Source: Planctomycetota bacterium
Lineage (GTDB): Bacteria; Planctomycetota; UBA1135; JACQFD01
Assembly (NCBI GenBank): GCA_016200225.1
Contig: JACQFD010000022.1
Location: 175,362-239,361 of the forward strand
Length of the DNA stretch: 64,000 bases
Direction: 5' to 3'
The notes beneath the pieces were generated by a model. That model saw nothing but the letters and a program-made list of their open reading frames with translations, had not been told where the DNA came from and did not search any database. This document shows positions 45,015-53,983 of the stretch, one piece after another (the stretch's first letter is position 1; each line of letters opens with the position of its first letter). Position numbers and translations under genes: made by a program.

Positions 45015-46781
45015 TTATTGTTTCTTTTCGTTCGATGGGGCGTCGGACTGATCTTTGGTGAGATCGACTTTGATGATCAACGATTCCCACGTCGTCCCGA
45101 CGCCGTCGGGCACGGGAGTCGAACTCCCTTCGGTCGTGTCGATGCACCATTTGTTCGATTTCAGGCGTTTGCGAAATTCGGCGCACCGGTCGGCGCAACT
45201 GATCGCTTCGCCGAGAAATGTAATTGTAAATTTAATATCGACGCCCTGACTGTTCGAATTCCGCAAATCCGTCTGCGCCGACAGGCGGTCGACGACATAC
45301 GCGCCCATGTCGTCCTGATATCGCTTCATGACGCTGAAAATGCGCTGCACGGCTTCGAACGCCGACTGCGGTTTTGTAAACGACGAGCCGCCGGCGCCGT
45401 AGAGATTCTTTAGATTTCTGAGTTCGGTCTCTGCCCAGCTATTGTAAAGTTTAATTTTCTTGGACGGCGGATCCTTTTCGTATTTTTTGATAACGTCTTT
45501 CTTCAAGCTCGGCCGGCCGGCGATGACGGCCTCGGCCACCTGCACTTCCGAAACGATCTGCTGTTTTTTCGAATCGATCTCGCGGAACATATAAATATTC
45601 TCGAGCAGCAGCGTGAACGCAATCGTTGCCGCGATCGCCGCCATCGGTATTTTTAATGATTCGAGTTTCTTCGAAAACCTTAATTCTTCCTGCCGGAAAT
45701 TCGTTTTTGTAGCATCCACGCCGAGGCCTTTCAGCGCGGCGCCGAGCGCGATCGCGGATTTTCTGCGAACGTCGGGATCGGCTGGAGCGCCCGCGACTTC
45801 CGCAAAAAAGTCGACTTCGCGAGAGGGAACCTGAAGCGCTTCGCCAAGCGCTTCGACGAGTCCCGGCGTTGCGGCGCCTTCGCCGCAAACGAGCACTTCC
45901 TTCGGACCGTTTCGCGCTTCAGCGGTCGCGGTTCGAAGCGCTTCGCGCTGCAATCTCTTAACAAATTCGTCGCGGCGGTCGGCCACGAGCGAAGCCTCGA
46001 GTTCGGCCGGACTCTTTTCCAATTCTCCGCGCGGCGACGGATCTTGATAAGGAGCCACGAGATCGGCCGCCTTCTCCGAATTGTTAACTTCCGCGACTTT
46101 CCCCGCCGCATCGCCCTCGGCAATGCCAAGATCCTTGGCGACGGCAAGCTCGAAACTCGCGAGTCCCGAACGCATCGATCGCACGGCGCGCAGGCGCTGT
46201 TCTTCGATTAATAATACCAATGTGTCCGTGTGGCCGACGTGGACGATCAGCGCCGAATCGATCTGGCTCACGATTCCCGTGGCGAGCGCGGCGTTGTAAA
46301 GAGTGAGCGCGTCGAGATCGACGTACATCGGATCGAACCCGCCGCGATCGAGCGCCTCGATCTGTTGTTTTAATAACTTTTTCGGAGCCGCGGCCACGAT
46401 CATGTCGGTGGCGACTTTGTGTTCGCCGATCGTGATGTGTTCGATCACGACATCGTCGATATTTAATTGATGAAAATGGCCTTCGCTTTCGAATTTCAAT
46501 ACTTTTTCGATCGCGTCGTCGCCGGTGAACGGCAGTTGTAAATTTCTAAAAACGGCCTCCGACGACGCGACCGCGAGCGTGAGCGGCTCGCGCGGCGCGC
46601 GCACTTTTTTGAGCGCCGTCGACGCCGCGACGGACGTGGGCGCGATCGGATCCTCGCCCTCTTCGGCGCGTTTGATTTCGCCGACCTCGGCGGAAACGAC
46701 TCTCCAGCGTTTTGAAGTTCCATCGATCACGATGGCCGCGAAACGATCGCCGGATATGTGAATTGCAGCAGCCTTTGCCAT
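45015..46781 (-). CDS. PilM-PilN fusion (GspL-like) type IV pilus / type II secretion inner-membrane assembly protein
   Basis: The N-terminal roughly 350 aa have an actin-like ATPase fold (PilM-like). A TM follows (IPMAAIAATIAFTLLLENIYMF), then a coiled periplasmic PilN-like region. Confidence 0.6.
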   Translation of the reverse strand: MAKAAAIHISGDRFAAIVIDGTSKRWRVVSAEVGEIKRAEEGEDPIAPTSVAASTALKKVRAPREPLTLAVASSEAVFRNLQLPFTGDDAIEKVLKFESEGHFHQLNIDDVVIEHITIGEHKVATDMIVAAAPKKLLKQQIEALDRGGFDPMYVDLDALTLYNAALATGIVSQIDSALIVHVGHTDTLVLLIEEQRLRAVRSMRSGLASFELAVAKDLGIAEGDAAGKVAEVNNSEKAADLVAPYQDPSPRGELEKSPAELEASLVADRRDEFVKRLQREALRTATAEARNGPKEVLVCGEGAATPGLVEALGEALQVPSREVDFFAEVAGAPADPDVRRKSAIALGAALKGLGVDATKTNFRQEELRFSKKLESLKIPMAAIAATIAFTLLLENIYMFREIDSKKQQIVSEVQVAEAVIAGRPSLKKDVIKKYEKDPPSKKIKLYNSWAETELRNLKNLYGAGGSSFTKPQSAFEAVQRIFSVMKRYQDDMGAYVVDRLSAQTDLRNSNSQGVDIKFTITFLGEAISCADRCAEFRKRLKSNKWCIDTTEGSSTPVPDGVGTTWESLIIKVDLTKDQSDAPSNEKKQ

Positions 46782-46853
46782 ATTAATTAAAAAGAGAAAT
46801 GATCCGTTTGTTTATGATTGTCCGCGGGCGGCAATGTTAACTGTTTTTTTCGA

Positions 46854-47270
46854 TTAATGATTTTTTTCGCCGGAGGCGTTATCGCCCGGGCGCGATTCGA
46901 TGGCCGCGAACGCCGGAGCCCGGTCGAGCAGCGCATAATATCGCTTTTGCCGGTCCGGCGGCAGGATCGCGCACAGCTCCGCGTCGATGGTGCGGCCGAG
47001 ATCGGTCAGTTCCTTTTCAGCCGCTTCCGCGGCGCGTCCTTCGATCTCGCGGCGCCGATCCTGGTATTTGTGAAGAATGGCGCGAACGAATTTGCGATCG
47101 CCTTCCGGCAGACCAAAGTCGCGAACGAAGCGGTCTTCGAATTCCGGTAGCGTTCCTTGGTCGCGAGAGTCCGTTGCGCCCGTCGCTTTCAAAACGGCGA
47201 GCGTCGCGAGCGATCCCGCGGCCGCCGACAGGATCGTCGCGGCAAGGAAAAGACGGATTTCGGAAATCAT
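46854..47270 (-). CDS. periplasmic protein with LTXXQ-like motifs (Spy/CpxP-family-like, tentative)
   Basis: Signal peptide present. LPEGDRKFVRAIL and LPPDRQKRYYALL resemble LTXXQ motifs. It is the last gene after the ECF sigma/anti-sigma pair. Confidence 0.35.
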   Translation of the reverse strand: MISEIRLFLAATILSAAAGSLATLAVLKATGATDSRDQGTLPEFEDRFVRDFGLPEGDRKFVRAILHKYQDRRREIEGRAAEAAEKELTDLGRTIDAELCAILPPDRQKRYYALLDRAPAFAAIESRPGDNASGEKNH

Positions 47271-47327
47271 TTGTAAATTTAAGAAAACGCCCGGCCGCTC
47301 GCGGAATTTCGGCGTCCGTTCGGCGCG

Positions 47328-47849
47328 TTATTTCTTGGGACGCGGCGCGCGGTTGATACGCGATCCGCCGTAATTCATGCGCTTCGCCGCGCGGTCGGCA
47401 TTCATTCCCGCCGGCGCCGCCGCATTCACGACCGATCCGTCGTTTCCGCGCATCAGTTCGATGCGTTCCTCGACCTCGCGCTCGGAAGCCGCGTTCAACG
47501 TGCCGTCGGAAGACCGCGGCGCCGCCAAATAAAGCGCGCTCACGCACGCAATCACGCCGGCCGCGACGGCCACGATCCGCATCGTCCGCAAACTTATCAA
47601 ATAACGAGTCGCGGTCGCGCCTTCGTCGTTTCGATGAATTCGATCGAAAACACGATCTGTAAAATCTACAGAAACTGCCGCCGCCGGAGCGGGCGGTTCC
47701 AGCCATCGCGAAATGGAGCGCAATCCCGCGACCTCGTCGCGGCACGGCTGACAATTTAACAGATGTTCGCGGACCGCTTCGGCCTCGCTTCGGCCGAGTT
47801 CGCCGTCGTGAAACGCGGAGAGTTTGGATTTTATTTGTGAGCAGCGCAT
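47328..47849 (-). CDS. zinc-finger (zf-HC2) membrane anti-sigma factor
   Basis: HLLNCQPCRDE is an HxxxCxxC motif. One TM follows (IVAVAAGVIACVSALYLAA). Confidence 0.7.
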   Translation of the reverse strand: MRCSQIKSKLSAFHDGELGRSEAEAVREHLLNCQPCRDEVAGLRSISRWLEPPAPAAAVSVDFTDRVFDRIHRNDEGATATRYLISLRTMRIVAVAAGVIACVSALYLAAPRSSDGTLNAASEREVEERIELMRGNDGSVVNAAAPAGMNADRAAKRMNYGGSRINRAPRPKK

Positions 47850-47881
47850 TGGATGATTCTTTAAAAAATAAATTCTTTTAA

Positions 47882-48652
47882 TTATTCCGATTGTTCGGAA
47901 TCCTGGGATTTGTTCTTCTTGAGGCTCGGCACCAGTTTTTCCATCGCGTTCTTGAATCGCATCCGCGCGCGGAAAAGCCTCGACATTACAGTTCCGACGG
48001 AGACGCCGAGGATTTCGGCGATTTCGCGGTATTCGAGATTTTCATATTCGCGGAGGACCAGCACGTTTCTGAACAGCGGCGGCACTCGTTCGAGCGCGCG
48101 GCGCGCGATGACCTTCAATTCTTCCAATTCGGCGGCGCGGTCGGGGCGGTCGTTCGCGCCGAGTTGCACCGGTTCGATAATGGTTATATCGGCGGGCTCG
48201 CGCAGCCGGCGGCGTTTCCGCGCTTCATAAGCATCGTTTGCGACGTTGCTCGCGACGCGATAGAGCCATGTATAAAATTGCGAATCGCCGCGAAATGTAT
48301 CGATTTTTCTGTATGCTTTGACGAACGCTTCCTGCGAGGCGTCCTCGGCGTCGTCGGTGTCGCGCAACAATCGGAAACAGAGCGCGTGCACTCGCTGTTT
48401 ATAACGATCGACGATGACGCGAAATGCCGCCTCGCGCGCCGCGTGATCCTCGACGTCGCGAACGATCATTACCAATTCGAGATCCGATCGCTCGTCGAGC
48501 GGCGTGTCGTTTGGATTTTCGTGACCCAAAGGACTCGATTGAGGACTGAATTTCGCTGGTTTACCGAAGGAATCGGATTTCGCGGGCATGCGGAGAATCG
48601 GCGACGGGTGGGTCGCCGGTGCTAAAGATACGAGCCTGGGAAGCGCGGACAT
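47882..48652 (-). CDS. ECF sigma factor with N-terminal extension
   Basis: Region 2 is DLELVMIVRDVEDHAAREAAFRVIVDRYKQRVHALCFRLL. Region 4 is LREYENLEYREIAEILGVSVGTVMSRL. The start is uncertain (M1 at 48652 or M22). Confidence 0.8.
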   Translation of the reverse strand: MSALPRLVSLAPATHPSPILRMPAKSDSFGKPAKFSPQSSPLGHENPNDTPLDERSDLELVMIVRDVEDHAAREAAFRVIVDRYKQRVHALCFRLLRDTDDAEDASQEAFVKAYRKIDTFRGDSQFYTWLYRVASNVANDAYEARKRRRLREPADITIIEPVQLGANDRPDRAAELEELKVIARRALERVPPLFRNVLVLREYENLEYREIAEILGVSVGTVMSRLFRARMRFKNAMEKLVPSLKKNKSQDSEQSE

Positions 48653-48665
48653 GCCGCAAGGATGG

Positions 48666-48690
48666 ACGTCCGCGCTGGCGCGCTATTCCC
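48666..48690 (-). promoter_or_regulatory. candidate ECF-type promoter (GGGAAT-N16-CGTC) upstream of the second ECF sigma gene
   Basis: Read on the minus strand, gggaat...cgtc shows ECF-like spacing. It sits very close to the annotated M1 start, so it is only meaningful if translation starts at the internal Met. Confidence 0.2.
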
Positions 48691-48935
48691 AACCGATACG
48701 GAAAACCGGAGAAACGTGCCAAGGACCACGTCGGGTCAAGCAATCCTGTCGTCCGAGTCGATGCGGTCCTATGAGTGAAAACGGGGACCAAAATATACAG
48801 ATCGCCGCGCGAACTTCGAGGCGCACGTGGGAGCGCGATCCTCGTTTGGCGATTGCGTCGGGCGTGGATCGGCCGCGAGACTGGACGCGGCTCTGCGAAT
48901 CGTCGATTGCACGCGGTTCGCGCCCCGAGGCGGTG

Positions 48936-49730
48936 ATGGCGTTCAAGAACGCAGATGCCGCCGATCATCCGCGACTCCGAAACGCGTTGGAAGATCGCTT
49001 CGGCGCGGAGATTCTTCGCGAATTGCCAAAATTGCCATTTGCGGGACTCAAGACCCCGTGGCGCGATATGTGGGAATTCCCGTGGCGCGGCGGAGCCGGT
49101 TTTTCCTTTGTCGCGGGAACGCTTTTCTTTTTTGTAACAGCGAAATTGTTAGGTCCGGTCGGCATCGCGCTCGGATCGGCCGCGCTGCTTTTTCATCATA
49201 CAACAATTCTGCGCGCGAGTCTGAATGGTAATGAAGAACCGCCGTACCCCGCGGATTTTCCGGCGTTTACATTTGGAGTGTTAGTATTGCCGACGGCGAT
49301 CATCGTTGCATTCGCGCCGATGCTGTTCGCGTTCGCGATGGCATTCGGCGTCTCGCCCGTTCAGGCCGGCGGCGCGCTTCTAACAATTTCGGCGTGGGCG
49401 CCGTTTTTCGCGCTCGCCGGACTCGCGCTCGCGGCGCCCGCCGTGCTGATCGCCATTGCGTGGGAATATTATCATTCGATCGACGCGTTCCGCCCCTCGA
49501 TTTTCGCCGCGCCGTTGGTCAAACGCCCGCTCGACGCGGGCGTCGTTATCTTATTTTATCTATTGGCGAACGCCGCGGCGTGCGCGCTGCTCGCGAGTTC
49601 TATCAAAACCAATATTTTGCTTTTCGTTCCGTATGTGGCGACCGCGCAATTGTTATTAAGCTTTTCGGCGCGCCGCGCCGCGCTGTTCGCGAGGGTGTCG
49701 GGCGTTTTCCCGCGTTTTGAAACGTGCTGA
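48936..49730 (+). CDS. polytopic membrane protein (hypothetical)
   Basis: About 6 TM segments after MAFKNADAADHPRLRNALEDRFGAEIL. The six-frame ORF begins at 48588 and overlaps the divergent sigma gene, so an internal start is chosen. Confidence 0.4.
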   Translation: MAFKNADAADHPRLRNALEDRFGAEILRELPKLPFAGLKTPWRDMWEFPWRGGAGFSFVAGTLFFFVTAKLLGPVGIALGSAALLFHHTTILRASLNGNEEPPYPADFPAFTFGVLVLPTAIIVAFAPMLFAFAMAFGVSPVQAGGALLTISAWAPFFALAGLALAAPAVLIAIAWEYYHSIDAFRPSIFAAPLVKRPLDAGVVILFYLLANAAACALLASSIKTNILLFVPYVATAQLLLSFSARRAALFARVSGVFPRFETC

Positions 49731-49834
49731 AGGCCTCGTGCGCGCGAGGACACAAAATTCTCTGGCGGAATCCGCGCGGATACACGTCTAATCCTACGCC
49801 GCGTCGCCGCATTGCGACAGGACGCCAAAATCCG

Positions 49835-50233
49835 ATGTTAAAAATCCAAATTACGCTTCCGATCGCGCTTCTCGCCCTCGCCGGCGTTTGCGACGCGCAG
49901 GACAGCCGGCCCGCGCGACTGCCGCAGCGGATTCTTTATATCGGCGATTCCGGATCGCCGAGAGCGAAGGCGTTCAATGAGTTTCTCGGCGAAACTTTCA
50001 GTAAAGTCGCCGTCGAGGATCGCGCAAATTACAAATCCGGCGACGCGGACGCATTCGACGTCGTTTTATTAGATTGGCCGCAGACGCCGATGACGCCCGG
50101 CGCGGAAAACAGTTTTCCGCCGAAGATTTCGCCGATCGGGAATCGCGCGAATTGGAACAAACCGATGGTGCTGCTCGGCAGCGCCGGACTTATGTTATCT
50201 TGCGTTTGGGGATTGAAGGCCGGGGCCGGCTGA
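49835..50233 (+). CDS. signal-peptide protein ending at an in-frame TGA (possible 5' part of a longer gene)
   Basis: MLKIQITLPIALLALAGVCDAQD signal peptide. It ends ...SCVWGLKAGAG-TGA. Confidence 0.4.
   Translation: MLKIQITLPIALLALAGVCDAQDSRPARLPQRILYIGDSGSPRAKAFNEFLGETFSKVAVEDRANYKSGDADAFDVVLLDWPQTPMTPGAENSFPPKISPIGNRANWNKPMVLLGSAGLMLSCVWGLKAGAG
50231..50233 (+). other. in-frame TGA separating two same-frame ORFs
   Basis: 49724..50233 and 50318..51175 are in the same frame. No other stop occurs between 50234 and 50317. A 7-bp-stem hairpin lies at 50250-50268 (tcgcgta-cgggt-tacgcga). Confidence 0.5.
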
Positions 50234-50317
50234 ACCTGCCTCGAACCACTCGCGTACGGGTTACGCGAACACGAAATTTTCACGACGCCGCGAAAAGTTG
50301 ATATTACTAAAACGACG

Positions 50318-51175
50318 ATGCACGCGACGCCCGAATCCTGGAAAGATTCGATCAAAAGCGAGCAGATCGCGGTACTTCCGATCGCGAAGCCGAATGTACA
50401 TATTTCAATGCCCGGCTGGTGCACGGGCGGGTCGCTGCTCGAAGGCGCTCCCGAAGTCGAGGTTTTTTGTACAGGCATCAATTCCAAACTTCCGTCGCAC
50501 GCGGGACTCTGGCGCGAAGGGCAATTTTTACATTTCGGTTTCGAGCCGTCGCCCGCGGAATTGAACGACGCGGGACAGTCGATGTTAGTAAATTCGATCG
50601 TTTATATTTCGCGTTTTGGTAACGATCGCGCAATTGGTAATTATCAATCGCCGTTTCTTCGCGGCGGTTCGAGCACGCCGCGGTCTTCGGTCGAACACTT
50701 TATTCTCGTCGAGAAACCCGAAAAGTTCCTTGTCGACGCGTTTTTGGATCCGGCACTCGCGGAAAAAATAATGAGTTTGTCGCTCGAAAAGCGGCGCGAA
50801 TGGTTCGCGGCGGAGCGCGCGTTTCTCCATCCGGGAGGCGGACCGGAGCGGACGCTCACAATCGACGAAGACGTAAAAGTCTTCGGAATTGGATTCGACA
50901 GCCGCGAATTCATAACAAAAGCAATTGTCGCGTTGGAATCGGCCGATGGGCCGACAAAATTGCGCGCGGCCCGGCTTCTCGATCGTTATGTAGACGACGG
51001 GCCGCACCCGACACAAAAATCTAATAAAGACGCTTGGACTAAATGGTATGAAGAGAACGCGCCCGCGCTCTTTTTTAGCGAAGTTTGCGGTTATAAATGG
51101 CTCGTCGATCCGCTCGCGAAGGAGCGCAAAATTTCGACGGCCGAGTTGCGCGGCTCGAAACGCGCCGATCGTTAA
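50318..51175 (+). CDS. hypothetical protein (possible 3' part of the same gene)
   Basis: 285 aa with no signal peptide. The upstream in-frame sequence back to the TGA (TCLEPLAYGLREHEIFTTPRKVDITKTT) is protein-like. Confidence 0.4.
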   Translation: MHATPESWKDSIKSEQIAVLPIAKPNVHISMPGWCTGGSLLEGAPEVEVFCTGINSKLPSHAGLWREGQFLHFGFEPSPAELNDAGQSMLVNSIVYISRFGNDRAIGNYQSPFLRGGSSTPRSSVEHFILVEKPEKFLVDAFLDPALAEKIMSLSLEKRREWFAAERAFLHPGGGPERTLTIDEDVKVFGIGFDSREFITKAIVALESADGPTKLRAARLLDRYVDDGPHPTQKSNKDAWTKWYEENAPALFFSEVCGYKWLVDPLAKERKISTAELRGSKRADR

Positions 51176-51192
51176 ATTTAATTATTGACGAA

Positions 51193-52485
51193 TCAACTTC
51201 CGGCTTTCTTTTCCGGAGGTTGCCCCGCGTCGTCGAGGTGCTGGAAGTTATGTCCCATTTTTTCTTTCTTAGTTTTTAAGTAACGAATATTTCGCGAATT
51301 CGGCGCGACTTCGATCGGCAATTGTTCGACGATTTCGAGGCCGAATGCGCTCAAACCCGCGAGTTTTTTCGGATTATTAGTCAACAATTGCATCCGCGTG
51401 ACGCCGAGATCGGCGAGAATCTGCGCGCCGATGCCGTATTCGCGCATGTCGGGCGGAAAACCGAGCGCTTCGTTCGCCTGCACGGTGTCGAGGCCGCCGT
51501 CCTGAAGTTTGTAAGCTTTTAACTTATGCGCGAGGCCGATGCCGCGCCCCTCGTGGCCTCGCATGTATACCAATACGCCGCGGCCTTTGTCGCGGATGTA
51601 TTGTAATGCCGTTTGCAATTGCGCGCCGCAATCGCAGCGCATCGAACCGAAAACGTCGCCCGTGAGGCATTCGCTGTGGACGCGCACGGGAATCGGTTCT
51701 GTAATTTTATGAAAATTTCCGTTCGGCTCCGGATCGGAAAACCCGAGCGTGATCGCGAGATGTTCGCTGCCGTCGACGTCGCAACGATACAAATGAATTC
51801 TGAAGTCGTCCTTGTCCGACGGCGAAAACCGCGACGGCAGCGGCACGGATGTTTCGATTCGTGTTATTAATTTTTCGCGCTCGCGGCGGAATCGTATCAA
51901 ATCCTCGATCGAGCCGATTTTTAACTTATATTTTTCGGCGAATTTCTCGAGATCGGGCAGCCGCGCCGGTTCGTCGTCCTCCTCGCGAAGAATTTCACAA
52001 ATAACTCCCGCCGGGCGCAGACCCGCGAGCCGCGCCAAATCTACAATTGCCTCCGTGTGTCCGGGGCGCACGAGCACGCCGCCTTCGCGCGCGCGCAGCG
52101 GATGCACGTGCCCGGGACGCACCAAATCCTCGGGGCGGCAGTCGGCGCGGATCGCCGTCGCGACCGTATGCGCGCGTTCGCGCGCGGAAATGCCCGTCGT
52201 GACGCCTTCACGCGCATCGATCGTTACAGTAAATCCGGTGCCGCGGCGCGTCGTGTTAATTACAGTTTGCGGATGCAACTGAAGCTGGCGGCACATTTCA
52301 GGCGCGAGCGCGAGGCAGATTTCGCCGGCCGCGCGGCGCGCCATGAATTGTATGATCTCCGGCGTGACGCGCTCGGCGGCGATCGCGATGTCGCCTTCGT
52401 TCTCGCGGCGCGGATCGTCGACGACGACGATCATTTTTCCCGCGCGAAGGTCGGCTATCAGTTCGTTAATGCTGGCGAAAGCCAT
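51193..52485 (-). CDS. ribBA: bifunctional 3,4-dihydroxy-2-butanone-4-phosphate synthase / GTP cyclohydrolase II
   Basis: RibB motif is [16 protein letters not shown]. RibA motif is [11 protein letters not shown]...GRGIGL. Confidence 0.9.
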   Translation of the reverse strand: MAFASINELIADLRAGKMIVVVDDPRRENEGDIAIAAERVTPEIIQFMARRAAGEICLALAPEMCRQLQLHPQTVINTTRRGTGFTVTIDAREGVTTGISARERAHTVATAIRADCRPEDLVRPGHVHPLRAREGGVLVRPGHTEAIVDLARLAGLRPAGVICEILREEDDEPARLPDLEKFAEKYKLKIGSIEDLIRFRREREKLITRIETSVPLPSRFSPSDKDDFRIHLYRCDVDGSEHLAITLGFSDPEPNGNFHKITEPIPVRVHSECLTGDVFGSMRCDCGAQLQTALQYIRDKGRGVLVYMRGHEGRGIGLAHKLKAYKLQDGGLDTVQANEALGFPPDMREYGIGAQILADLGVTRMQLLTNNPKKLAGLSAFGLEIVEQLPIEVAPNSRNIRYLKTKKEKMGHNFQHLDDAGQPPEKKAGS

Positions 52486-52504
52486 TGTTAAATTAAATAA
52501 TGCG

Positions 52505-53026
52505 CTATTCGAGAGTGGTGTGCCAGTGCGCCATCGACTTTTCGTCGCGCTTCAGTCGCGACATCAGTTCGGGCACGATGCCGTCGAGCAACAATTGCAA
52601 CGCGAGCTCGAATACGGTGCCGAGTGGCGCGGCGCGCGCGCGTTCGTCGAGCGGGATATGTAATATCTTGCCTTGTGTAATATTCGATCCGGCGGCGGTG
52701 ATTACAATGATGGGCACGCGTGAAGCGGCCATTCTTTTATAAATTGCAAGAATCGACGGCGTGCGCATCGAGCCCGAGCATACGACGACGATATCATTAG
52801 CATTCGGACGCGGCGTCGCCGATTCGCCGGCCATGTAGGCCTCGAGATCGAGCTGGCGCAGACGGATCACAAATCCGCGCGCCACGAGCCCGGTACGCCC
52901 CGCGCCCACAAAAAAAATCCGCCGCGCGCCGACGAGCCCCGAAACGAGCGCGGCCGGTTCCGATGGATCCATGGCGAGCACGGCCGACGAAGCGGCCTCG
53001 GCGAGTGCGCGCACAGTGTTCAGCAT
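52505..53026 (-). CDS. SIS-domain protein (6-phospho-3-hexuloisomerase-like)
   Basis: RIFFVGAGRTGLVARGFVIRLRQLD is a SIS nucleotide/sugar-phosphate binding fold. 173 aa. Confidence 0.6.
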   Translation of the reverse strand: MLNTVRALAEAASSAVLAMDPSEPAALVSGLVGARRIFFVGAGRTGLVARGFVIRLRQLDLEAYMAGESATPRPNANDIVVVCSGSMRTPSILAIYKRMAASRVPIIVITAAGSNITQGKILHIPLDERARAAPLGTVFELALQLLLDGIVPELMSRLKRDEKSMAHWHTTLE

Positions 53027-53078
53027 GTCTTTAGATTAACCCAAAATCCGCGAAAACCGTCCCGACCGTCTCGAAACA

Positions 53079-53867
53079 TCAATACAAATCGGGGCGCCGC
53101 GACTTTTCGCACGGAATCAACCGCCGAAGTGCGCGCTGGCGGTCAAAATCCACATCGGCGACGAGGAGTTCGTCTGCGGGGCCGGCTTCGGCCGCGATTT
53201 CGCCAAATGCGTCGGCGACGAGCGACCGGCCGGGGAAATGTAGCGTATTGCCAAGCGGTCCCGTCTCGGACCCCGTGCGATTGATGCCGATGTACGCGCA
53301 TTGGTTTTCGACCGCGCGCCCGGCGATCAGCGCGCGAAATTGTAACATTCGCTCGCCGGCCCATTGCGCGGGCACGACGACGACGTCGGCTTGATTCGTA
53401 AATGCGCCGCGGCAGATTTCCGGAAAACGCAAATCATAACAAATAACCGCCGAGACCCGCCCCGCGGACGTCTCGACGACGGCGGGCGCGCTCGCGCCGG
53501 CCTGAAACAGCGAGTCCTCTCTCGTCGGAAGAAACAAATGCGTCTTCGCGTATTTATATATGACTTCGCCGCCGTCGACAACGTGCGCGGAATTGTAAGG
53601 TTTCTCGATGCCGGAGCGCGCGAGCGCCGAACCGACGATTACAATTCCAAGCTGTTTTGATAATTTACAAATTGCATCGAGCGCGCGCTCCGATGCTTCG
53701 ACGGCGCGTTCGGCGGCGCCGAATGCAAAGGATGTCGGCCACATTTCCGGCAATCCGATAAGTTTAACATTCGCCGCGGCGGCGCGGCGCAACGCGTCCT
53801 CGACGATCGCGAGGTTTCCGGCGGCGTCCGCGGGAATGGGCGAGAACTGGAAGGCGGCGATTCGCAT
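53079..53867 (-). CDS. carbon-nitrogen hydrolase (nitrilase/omega-amidase superfamily)
   Basis: Start at MRIAAFQF; the six-frame ORF extends to 54008. Glu, Lys and Cys triad contexts are GLPEMW, KTHLF and VICYDLRFPE. Confidence 0.8.
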   Translation of the reverse strand: MRIAAFQFSPIPADAAGNLAIVEDALRRAAAANVKLIGLPEMWPTSFAFGAAERAVEASERALDAICKLSKQLGIVIVGSALARSGIEKPYNSAHVVDGGEVIYKYAKTHLFLPTREDSLFQAGASAPAVVETSAGRVSAVICYDLRFPEICRGAFTNQADVVVVPAQWAGERMLQFRALIAGRAVENQCAYIGINRTGSETGPLGNTLHFPGRSLVADAFGEIAAEAGPADELLVADVDFDRQRALRRLIPCEKSRRPDLY

Positions 53868-53983
53868 GACGGGCGAAATGTTACCATGCGCGCCGCCGCC
53901 GACCGAAAAGCCGTCGCGCGCGCGAGCGAAGCACCGTACCTTTCGGCCTCCGTCGAAAGCGAAATTCCCCGCAGGCGCATCCG

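Noticed and set aside
52486-52504. Expected FMN riboswitch upstream of ribBA, and cobalamin riboswitch upstream of the BtuF-like operon.
   Set aside because: The available upstream spacers (19 bp before ribBA; 63 bp before the MBL gene, occupied by a terminator hairpin) are too short to hold either riboswitch.
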